64,000 bases of DNA, from the NCBI GenBank assembly GCA_025455775.1, contig JALOLT010000001.1, forward strand, positions 4,444-68,443, read 5' to 3'. The stretch comes from Fimbriimonadaceae bacterium (GTDB lineage Bacteria; Armatimonadota; Fimbriimonadia; Fimbriimonadales; Fimbriimonadaceae). Made by a program: the position numbers and the translations under genes. A model generated the notes under the pieces. The model did no database searches. It had not been told where the DNA came from and saw nothing but the letters and a program-made list of their open reading frames with translations. Positions 35,862-43,586 of the stretch are shown piece after piece. Numbering within the stretch: the stretch's first letter is position 1; each line of letters starts with the position of its first letter.

Positions 35862-36166
35862 ATCTCGATGAAGTTCAATGATCGATGAGGCAGACCTACT
35901 TTTCAGCCACCCCAGCGATCGTCTGGTTCGGGAGCAAAGGAAATGGATCCCAAAACACGGCTCAGACCAAACCCAGTGCAACGCTAGTTTCTTGCTCCTT
36001 GCTGCACCGCAATCAAAAAACTAGGCACTGGGTGGCCTGCAAATCAGTGAGACCAGAACTGGACGCTTAGGAAGGCAAGCCGGTTAAGAGAAAAAACTTC
36101 TGCCACAACGCTGCCGAAAAGGATCTCATCTTGTAAAGGGGACAACCTCCCTCACCAAGGAAGAAC

Positions 36167-36538
36167 ATGAGCAAGAGAGCCGAATTTTTCGAACTGATCC
36201 TGGCAAACTTTGGGCCAGAGTTTCTCCGTGACCTCCTCGTAAAGCTGTCGGAAATCAGGGATTGCGAAGAGCACTTCTTTCGCGCCCTCCTGACCCAAGC
36301 AGAATTCCCCCTCTCGCTGGATTGGACTCTCGCCCAAGCCAGGAAAGCTTCAGCTCAGAAGGAGGGACTGATTCTTCTCGCAGATGCTGGAAAGACAGGG
36401 CTGGCGACGACCTGGCATCGATCCCAGGCAGAGCGTCTTGCCGCAGTCGTGGCAGTCTGGGGAATCACCCACCAGATGGAATCTGGGCAGCAGCAGGATC
36501 TTCATCCAGACTCAATGCCCTTCACCTTCATTGGCTAG
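36167..36538 (+). CDS. hypothetical protein
   Basis: 123-aa ORF with AAGGAAG Shine-Dalgarno before the ATG. No family recognised. Confidence 0.5.
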   Translation: MSKRAEFFELILANFGPEFLRDLLVKLSEIRDCEEHFFRALLTQAEFPLSLDWTLAQARKASAQKEGLILLADAGKTGLATTWHRSQAERLAAVVAVWGITHQMESGQQQDLHPDSMPFTFIG

Positions 36539-36659
36539 AAGCTCATGCTTTCAGACGAATCACCGCTCAAGGCAGAGCCGGAGAAAATACGGGAAAACTC
36601 GTGACTAAGTAGTATATTGCGATATATGAGGAGTATGATGTGATTGTGAAGCCTGTGAC

Positions 36660-37526
36660 ATGGCTCGCACAGAACACGAAGAGAACCTGATGTCGATTTC
36701 TAAAGTAAGCTCTTGCAGACTCGTGGTCTTGGCTCTATGCCTTGGGGTTTTGGCTCTGCCAGTGGCTGCCCAGACCCTCTACAAGACTGGATTCGAAGCT
36801 TCAGAAGGATTCACCCCAGGTTCAATTCAGAATCAGAATGGCTGGAAGATCAGTGGAAACGATGTTTGGGCAGTTAACAGCTCGGCCGGAAAGGCAGGGG
36901 GAGCTGGGTTGGAGATCACAGGGATCGGGACGACCTGGGCTTGGCCAAGTGCTGGTCTGGCTACATCCAGCGGAGTTGTCACATTCTCGGTTGATGCCTT
37001 TCTCAATCCGAACCAGCCAAGCACGAACCTGCAGACATCCATCGGTCTGGACGTCTTTGCCCCAAGTTCGCTGGTCGGCTACAACAGTGGATTGATCGCC
37101 AGTCTCCGAGTCGCCCCTTTGACCCCTCCGGTCAATCCAGGCGGCTTTGGTCAAGGCGCTTTCGCCCAACTCTACGGAAACTGGAACAACAGCAGCCTGC
37201 CCTTCTGGTTAATGCCAAACACTGTGCCGTCCTCGGGAGTCATTCCCGTCGGATCTTGGTTCAATCTCGCTTTGGAACTCAACTTCGATACTGGCACCTA
37301 TCGTGGCCTAATCAACGGGCAAAATTACGGCCTCGCCTCAGCCATTCCGTTCTGGGTGCCAGGCCTCACGATTTCAGATTTCGATCTCTACGCTAGAAAG
37401 GAAGCCCAGTCAACTGTTCGGTTCGACAACCTCGAGATCACTGCCGTACCAGAGCCAGCAACTATCATCGCTCTTGCCATCGGTACCACGATTTTCATCA
37501 GAAAAAAGAAACGCAGCAGTAAGTGA
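36660..37526 (+). CDS. PEP-CTERM sorting-domain protein
   Basis: C-terminus ITAVPEPATIIALAIGTTIFIRKKKRSSK. The signal peptide begins at the internal ATG 36690 (MSISKVSSCRLVVLALCLGVLALPVAAQ), which may be the true start. Confidence 0.8.
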   Translation: MARTEHEENLMSISKVSSCRLVVLALCLGVLALPVAAQTLYKTGFEASEGFTPGSIQNQNGWKISGNDVWAVNSSAGKAGGAGLEITGIGTTWAWPSAGLATSSGVVTFSVDAFLNPNQPSTNLQTSIGLDVFAPSSLVGYNSGLIASLRVAPLTPPVNPGGFGQGAFAQLYGNWNNSSLPFWLMPNTVPSSGVIPVGSWFNLALELNFDTGTYRGLINGQNYGLASAIPFWVPGLTISDFDLYARKEAQSTVRFDNLEITAVPEPATIIALAIGTTIFIRKKKRSSK

Positions 37527-37549
37527 AGCAAGCATTAGAGGATTTCCTC

Positions 37550-37578
37550 CCCCGGCGTTCAACCGGGGATTTTTTTTA
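37550..37578 (+). terminator. intrinsic terminator
   Basis: ccccgg-cgttcaa-ccgggg followed by aTTTTTTTTT, 24 nt after the stop at 37526. Confidence 0.8.
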
Positions 37579-38589
37579 TGCCAGCAGGATGCCAGCGATA
37601 AGGGCTTCTTCGCCCCCCTCGGGATGAGCTTGAATCGAAAGGCAAAGATTGATCTCGCGGGCTCTTAGATTTTTTTGGAGAAATCTCGGAGCAAGCCTTT
37701 CGAAAGTTTGGGAATAGGAGTCCCAAAGGGGATAGCTGTTCGCTGAACCCCGATCTGTCGCGATCAGCGTGCCGGAGCGCCTCGTCACCCAAACCAGTAA
37801 GCCTAAACAACTGAGCGAGCCATGCAATTTGAACTTGGGATGATCGGGACTCAGGTGCCAGGCAGAAGAGTAGAGTGGATGAGAGATAGACTCGATTGGT
37901 GCCTTTATCAGGTGAGGGTGGCTAGTGGGAGTGATGAGTCGGGGGTTTTGCAACCACTTTCCCCCGGTAGCCGAGGCCACTGGCTGGCTCTCCCTCTTTA
38001 CCATCTGGCATACGATGGGGGAAAGACAATCGGAGTAGAGACGATATCCCGCGTCATTGGGATGGACTCCGTCTGGCAAGAAGACTCCCCAGCCCAGGCC
38101 AGAGGCCTCGACTGCTGCCTGGATCGCTTCGTGGCCAGCAACACAGGGAACTCCAAAGTGACGAAAAAGTTCTAGGTGATCCTTTTGCGAGGATCTCACT
38201 TCAGGAATCGAGTTGCCGCTCGCGTCGCGTCGCTCAGTTACTAATCCGATGACTTGGGAGTGGGGGAGCTCACGGCGCAAGAGATTGAGCAGACTCCCCA
38301 AAGCGAGCCTTCGCCACCTTGGGCTCAAATCAGTGTCATTGATGGCAAACTCCACGACGACGACGTCTGGGGAATGGGCGATCACCTCACTTCGAACGCG
38401 AAACAGGCCAAGGTCGGAACCAGTCCCCCCGAGGCCACAGTTCAAACCAATGACTTCATGTTCTGGGCAGGATTCTCTGACTGCCTCAACAACGAGGGCG
38501 CGGTAGCTGGACTTTTCTTTCTGGCTCGCTCCGTACCCGTCGGTAATCGAGCCTCCGAGGAAAGCGACCTTCAAAGGAGTCTGTCTCAT
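37576..38589 (-). CDS. SGNH/GDSL-family hydrolase (esterase) with extra C-terminal domain
   Basis: Block I FLGGSITDG, block II GLGGTGS, block III FAINDT, block V DGVHPND. The start at ATG 38589 forms an ATGA overlap with the upstream stop. Confidence 0.8.
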   Translation of the reverse strand: MRQTPLKVAFLGGSITDGYGASQKEKSSYRALVVEAVRESCPEHEVIGLNCGLGGTGSDLGLFRVRSEVIAHSPDVVVVEFAINDTDLSPRWRRLALGSLLNLLRRELPHSQVIGLVTERRDASGNSIPEVRSSQKDHLELFRHFGVPCVAGHEAIQAAVEASGLGWGVFLPDGVHPNDAGYRLYSDCLSPIVCQMVKRESQPVASATGGKWLQNPRLITPTSHPHLIKAPIESISHPLYSSAWHLSPDHPKFKLHGSLSCLGLLVWVTRRSGTLIATDRGSANSYPLWDSYSQTFERLAPRFLQKNLRAREINLCLSIQAHPEGGEEALIAGILLA

Positions 38590-41459
38590 GGATAGTTCAC
38601 AACCTGGGCGATTCCCCATCGATTGTTGTCGTGGCCAATCGCTCCCCCGAAAAGGCTCGTGCGAACATAGTCAGAGTCGTGGTGGAGGGCAGATTTAACC
38701 TGTGCTTCGAAAAGAAACTCTCCGGCTGATTCGGAAAGCCGGATGAGGGTGAGTGGGAGCCTTGCCCAAATCCGATACCCAAGGGGGGTGAGGGCAAAGT
38801 CCACCTCTGCCTCATCACTTGCGACAAGATCAGAGGCGAAGGGAATCGCTTTCGCCTTTTGGCTGTCTGTGCCTGGTATCAGGAAGATCTGCGAATTGTG
38901 GTTCCGTCCATTCCCACCCAGGTCAGCAGTGAAAACTTCGACCGCCGCGCCATCCCAAGGCATCCCTTTCACCACGCGGAAACGATCTCTGACATCTGCC
39001 AAAACCACCATCGAATCTGGCGTGACTGCGACCCATAGTTCGAACCGCTCTGTCTCACCCCTGAAGGGTTCAAGAGATCCCAGGAGATCCGGAATCTCGT
39101 CAAGAGAAACAGAATTCTGGAGCTTGGCGATCTGAGTGGATCCTCGGCGAGGCAGCAAGAGTGCAGAACCTGGGTCACCAGGTTGGCCAAGCGAGGCAAC
39201 GATCCACCCTTCTCCTTGATCCGCGGCAAGAACTGCTTCCCCATCAAAAATCTGCACTTCGCCCGGAACCAGGGTCACCTTTTGGGGGAGATTTAAGTGG
39301 ATTTCCCCTGCCGCGTCACCCCTTCGTGAAGAGAGGACAACCTGGGGGATCGCTGTATGCTCTTCGGAACTGATGTTCCTGACAACGAGCGAAAAAGGTA
39401 CCGGCTCCCGGGAGTCGATCGAAGGCTCGGGCGGTGAACCTGGTTTCGTGCGTTCTTGCCACGCTCCGCCGTGTCCAAATTCGAGTCGCGCAAAAACGAC
39501 TTGCTCCTCGTTCCCATGTGGTAAGGGCAAACTCCTTTCTCCAGGCGATCGAGGGCCAACCGCCTGTGGGTGAGGCATTGGTTCTCCCATGACCGTCGCA
39601 TCAGGTTCGAATTCCTTTGTCCAAGTTGAAAAATCAAGGGTGCCGAAGAGCGGCTCTTGGGGAAAGGAGTAATGGTTCCCACTGAACCAAGCAGTACCTG
39701 GAGAGGCCCGAAAGAGGGACTCCTTTCCCGCAAAAGTATTCTGCCGGAATGTGACAGTGCGGAAGGGTTCTGGCCGGCTTGGGTAGACGACGGTCTTCGT
39801 CGTCCCTTCGAAGGAGTTGTTTCTCACCAGAACGTCCCGGCCGTAATGCATGGCAAAGGCGTCGCTCCCACAATCGGTGACGTGATTGAACTCTATCACA
39901 ACGCCACTTGTTCCTTCGTCAGGATAGATTCCGACTCCGCCATACCCGAAGGCTGTAACTCTCTGAACGACGTTCGACCGGACGATTGTGCCAGGCTGAT
40001 CCCCGAGTAGGTAGATGGCTCCCATATCGCTCAGGGCTCCTTGCCCGATCTCGCTGATCTTGTTATGGGCGACGAGATTCTTACCGCAGTGGGTGTGTCG
40101 GTAACCCCACGTCCACCCGATTGAAATGGCTGTATAGAACGTATGGTGAATCGAGTTGTGGACAATCTTGTTTCCCCAAGAATCTCCTACCCAGATCGCA
40201 GGGGCACTGGGGTAGATCAGGCCAACGTCGTGAATTTCACAGTCTGAGATGACAGTGCAACTTTGCAAAACAGACTCCTTTTCAACCATCGGGTCAGGAA
40301 ACTCCCACCCCATTTCAACCCTGTCCAAATCTACAAAAGCGTCCGGGCCGACGCTCCCCCAAGGGGCGAGAGGGCCATCGTGATTGATCTTTATTGCGGA
40401 TGAACCGCAGAACGACACCTCGCACCCGATGATTTCGTTTTCGGTACTGCCTCGCAGAACCTCGATGCCAGCCCCGCAGACAACACTCACAAGGCAGTTT
40501 TGCAAACGGCAGTGCTTCGCTCCCTTCAGCTGGATTGCACCTGGGAAGAAGAATTGCGCCTGACCAGCCCCCCAGTTCGTTTTTGGGAGAGCCCAGTGAC
40601 AGTGGGAAAACGAAATGTTTTCGATGAGAACCCCCTCGGCCTTCTCTCCTGTGGCAGTTTGGTCACCCTGGATTGAGAGGAGAAGGGGAAGACTTGGGGC
40701 GATAATCTCGATATCTTGAAAACCCTTGCCCGCCGGGGGAACAAAGATCAGCTCCCCAGTTTTTGGGTTCATATACCAGTCAAAAGGATGCTCTAGCCTT
40801 CCCAAATCATTCTCGATAAAGAACCTGGCTCCTTCCGCGTTTTCGTCTGAGAGGCTCGGGAAATCTTCTGGCCAGAAGCAGACTGTTTTGAGGTCGTCGC
40901 TGAGGGATTTAACCGGAAGGTGAAGGTCGACCCAATAACGCAGGACGTTTATTTTTGAGAATAGTGCAGCTGACTGGCTGGAGAACTCATTTCCGTTAAG
41001 TGTCCATTCCTTCCCTGAATGTTTCCGGAAAGGATCTTGGATCGGAAATTTGAAGAAACCTTCTCGCGGGGTTCGGACTCGTCCGATTCGCGATCCATCA
41101 ATGAAGAGGCTGTCGATCTCGCGTAGAGACGAGGGCAGAATTGTGCGCCAAGCGGTCAAGGTTCCGAGCCTGATTTCCTCCCATTCCGTGATTCTCTTTC
41201 CGCCGCTGATCTGGGTATTACCGTTTGCCGCGCCCCTGAGAGTTAGGTTCCCAACTCTTTTCCCTGTTTCGTCGAAGCAGAAGGCGAGGTGTTCTGGCGT
41301 TAGGATGAGTGGCTCTGCTAGTTCGTAAACACCTTCGGCAAGAGCGATTTCCACCGACTGGATGGTGTCTTCTCGCGGCCCAGACCGGAGCCATTCGATT
41401 GCCTGAACAAGCCCTATTGAATCAGAGGGCGGAATTTCAAAGCGGTAGGGAGGAGTCAT
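38586..41459 (-). CDS. large right-handed beta-helix protein (candidate polysaccharide lyase/hydrolase)
   Basis: 957 aa with PbH1-like coils, e.g. CRLQNCLVSVVCGAGIEVLRGSTENEIIGCEVSFCGSSAIKIN and LSDMGAIYLLGDQPGTIVRSNVV. Confidence 0.75.
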   Translation of the reverse strand: MTPPYRFEIPPSDSIGLVQAIEWLRSGPREDTIQSVEIALAEGVYELAEPLILTPEHLAFCFDETGKRVGNLTLRGAANGNTQISGGKRITEWEEIRLGTLTAWRTILPSSLREIDSLFIDGSRIGRVRTPREGFFKFPIQDPFRKHSGKEWTLNGNEFSSQSAALFSKINVLRYWVDLHLPVKSLSDDLKTVCFWPEDFPSLSDENAEGARFFIENDLGRLEHPFDWYMNPKTGELIFVPPAGKGFQDIEIIAPSLPLLLSIQGDQTATGEKAEGVLIENISFSHCHWALPKTNWGAGQAQFFFPGAIQLKGAKHCRLQNCLVSVVCGAGIEVLRGSTENEIIGCEVSFCGSSAIKINHDGPLAPWGSVGPDAFVDLDRVEMGWEFPDPMVEKESVLQSCTVISDCEIHDVGLIYPSAPAIWVGDSWGNKIVHNSIHHTFYTAISIGWTWGYRHTHCGKNLVAHNKISEIGQGALSDMGAIYLLGDQPGTIVRSNVVQRVTAFGYGGVGIYPDEGTSGVVIEFNHVTDCGSDAFAMHYGRDVLVRNNSFEGTTKTVVYPSRPEPFRTVTFRQNTFAGKESLFRASPGTAWFSGNHYSFPQEPLFGTLDFSTWTKEFEPDATVMGEPMPHPQAVGPRSPGERSLPLPHGNEEQVVFARLEFGHGGAWQERTKPGSPPEPSIDSREPVPFSLVVRNISSEEHTAIPQVVLSSRRGDAAGEIHLNLPQKVTLVPGEVQIFDGEAVLAADQGEGWIVASLGQPGDPGSALLLPRRGSTQIAKLQNSVSLDEIPDLLGSLEPFRGETERFELWVAVTPDSMVVLADVRDRFRVVKGMPWDGAAVEVFTADLGGNGRNHNSQIFLIPGTDSQKAKAIPFASDLVASDEAEVDFALTPLGYRIWARLPLTLIRLSESAGEFLFEAQVKSALHHDSDYVRTSLFGGAIGHDNNRWGIAQVVNYP

Positions 41460-43363
41460 GTCGTCGGGATGACCGGGGTTCGGTAGGCTCTCTCCAAGAC
41501 GAGAAGGTAAGCGGCGATTCCCCAGTTGTAGTTCAGATAGCCTGGCTTACCTGGATTGCTCGCCTGAGTCGAGAGGTTTTCGGCGAAGCCTGGAAGATCC
41601 TCCCAGATGTGAAGCAGGCGATCCGCAATCAAATCCGCCTCTGCTGTCCTACCTGTTTGCCAAAGAGTCTCGAGGAGCCAAAACGAGATGTGGGGCCATG
41701 CCCTGCCGCGCCAATATCCGTTCCCATCGTAGGTTGGTTCGTCGTAAGCTACCGAAGGGAAGGGGATCTGGGAGCAAAACTGATGAGGGTCGAGGAGCAC
41801 CTTGTCAACCATGTGGTTGATAAGGTGCTCCTCCACAGGAACGTTTGCCCAAATAGGCCAGAACATAAAGAATGTTTTGATCTTGGTGTGGCGACCTGTG
41901 TGGTGGTTGTAGTCCCAGAACCATCTTGTCTCATCATCCCAGCACCATGTTTGCAAGGATTGAATGAGTTGTTTTCGCCTGTCGCGCCACTTTGTTGCTT
42001 TTTCTAGCAAGTCCAGGCGGTCGCACAGAAAGGCGAGGTGAGCCGCGTCCCTTATCAGAAAACAGTTGAGGTGAACTGATGCGACTGGGGGAAGCCAGAT
42101 ACAGCCGCCAAAGCCGGTCAAGCCAGACCCATAGTCATCCCACAGGGGCGAGTTATCTCCTGCTTGGCCGCTCCATCGAAACTCTGCAAGACCATCATTG
42201 TCCACGTCGCTAAAGTTCTGCCAAAAGGTGTGATTTGCTTCGAGTTTCGGCAGAATTCTTCCCGCGAAGGTTTTGTCGCCCGTTTGATCCCAGACGTCGA
42301 TGACTGCTTCTGTGGCGATGGGAGGCTGGGGGCTGTGTTGCAGCATTCTGTGAGGAACCGACATTAGCCAACCCCTTTCTGGCGAGGATCCATCCCGCGC
42401 CAGTTGCTTCGCCAAAACTGCCTCGATCGCTCCCTTGGCTGCCTCAGGGTGAAATCTTGCCAGAGCTCGAGCCGAGAACAAACTGTCCCAGAAGAAAGTG
42501 CAAGAGAAATCGGATGCATCTGACGTACAAAGATTCGCGACGACGTCCCCAAGATCAGTATTCGTACCCCGTGCGCTGCACCTGAGAAGGGCAAATCTTG
42601 CCCGCGACTCATGAGGATGGTCTGTTTGGATGGAATTTGTGAGTTCCTGTCCCTGGGAGATGATCTCGTCGAAGGTCAGGCAAGGCTGGCGAAAGGGATG
42701 ATCGCGGTGGGTGAGGGTGAGAGTGAGAGCAAGTCTTCCGGATTCTCCGGATACGATAGGTGAGAGCTTTCGGAGTTGATAGTGATGGGAACCTTCTTCG
42801 CAGGCGAAGGCCCAGCCGTGGGAAGTGACCAGCAATCTCGCCAAAATGGAGGGTAAGTCGCCTGAGGTTTGAAGGTAGCCAAAAGTAAGGGATCGACCGT
42901 CCGGGCCGATTTCGAGGAGGCTTCTGCGGAGGTCTGACGACGTGCCAGGGAAGGCTTGTAACATTCCATGAACCTGGTCTGGCAAGAAAACTCCGTCCAG
43001 AGCGAGGGTGGCTTCAGTATCACGGCGGTTGTGGAAATCCACGACCACGTGCAGAATCTGTTCATTCTCAAAAGCGAACTTCAACTGGAGGTTGAGCCCG
43101 TTTTGGCTTCCTTCTTGCGTGACAAGGTGGGGTTGGGCGGAGGAGCGACCGCAAATTTCAGCCCCGTCGATCGTCGGTCTGAGGACTGGATTTGCTATGA
43201 CTGCCGTTCCCAAGCAAGCTCTCGGGTGGAGAGCACCTAGCCCGAGTTTCCCGCCCTCGAGCAATTGCACGGAGAACTGTGAAAATCGATCCACAAAGGG
43301 GCTGAAGGCCAGGGAATAATCCGCAACGAAAGGGGCGGTCAGATCAAAGTGCCTTTCAATCAT
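41456..43363 (-). CDS. (alpha/alpha)6-barrel glycoside hydrolase, GH63/GH37-like
   Basis: 635 aa. The motifs GYWRGRAWPHISFWL and FFWDSLFSA are typical of the six-hairpin GH63/trehalase clan as remembered. ATGA overlap with the downstream gene. Confidence 0.65.
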   Translation of the reverse strand: MIERHFDLTAPFVADYSLAFSPFVDRFSQFSVQLLEGGKLGLGALHPRACLGTAVIANPVLRPTIDGAEICGRSSAQPHLVTQEGSQNGLNLQLKFAFENEQILHVVVDFHNRRDTEATLALDGVFLPDQVHGMLQAFPGTSSDLRRSLLEIGPDGRSLTFGYLQTSGDLPSILARLLVTSHGWAFACEEGSHHYQLRKLSPIVSGESGRLALTLTLTHRDHPFRQPCLTFDEIISQGQELTNSIQTDHPHESRARFALLRCSARGTNTDLGDVVANLCTSDASDFSCTFFWDSLFSARALARFHPEAAKGAIEAVLAKQLARDGSSPERGWLMSVPHRMLQHSPQPPIATEAVIDVWDQTGDKTFAGRILPKLEANHTFWQNFSDVDNDGLAEFRWSGQAGDNSPLWDDYGSGLTGFGGCIWLPPVASVHLNCFLIRDAAHLAFLCDRLDLLEKATKWRDRRKQLIQSLQTWCWDDETRWFWDYNHHTGRHTKIKTFFMFWPIWANVPVEEHLINHMVDKVLLDPHQFCSQIPFPSVAYDEPTYDGNGYWRGRAWPHISFWLLETLWQTGRTAEADLIADRLLHIWEDLPGFAENLSTQASNPGKPGYLNYNWGIAAYLLVLERAYRTPVIPTT

Positions 43364-43586
43364 CGCTCGCAGCCAGCTCCCCCCGTGGAGCCTGTCACTT
43401 GGTTTTTGCAGCCTGACATCTTTTCTCCTTCTATTTTCTGATAGATTATGGCTGCTTCGGACTGACTTTCGATGTTTCCGAGAGGATCATCTTATGAATC
43501 CTCGCCATTCTCACTGGCCGTGCTCTCATCATAATATGTCACAATATATCGCAATGATGGCAGGAAATACACCCTGCGCGAGGCAA

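Noticed and set aside
36616-36627. 12-mer attgcgatatat, shared in reverse complement with 43544-43555, upstream of two different genes
   Set aside because: By my estimate a 64-kb window is expected to contain a few hundred coincidental 12-mer pairs. The flanks do not extend the match.
43494-43586. N-terminal extension of the SBP-permease ORF (MNPRHSHWPCSHHNMSQYIAMMAGNTPCARQ)
   Set aside because: The His/Cys-rich leader is unlike an export signal. The ATG at 43587 gives a normal signal anchor and leaves the AT-rich inverted repeat in the untranslated region. The start remains uncertain.
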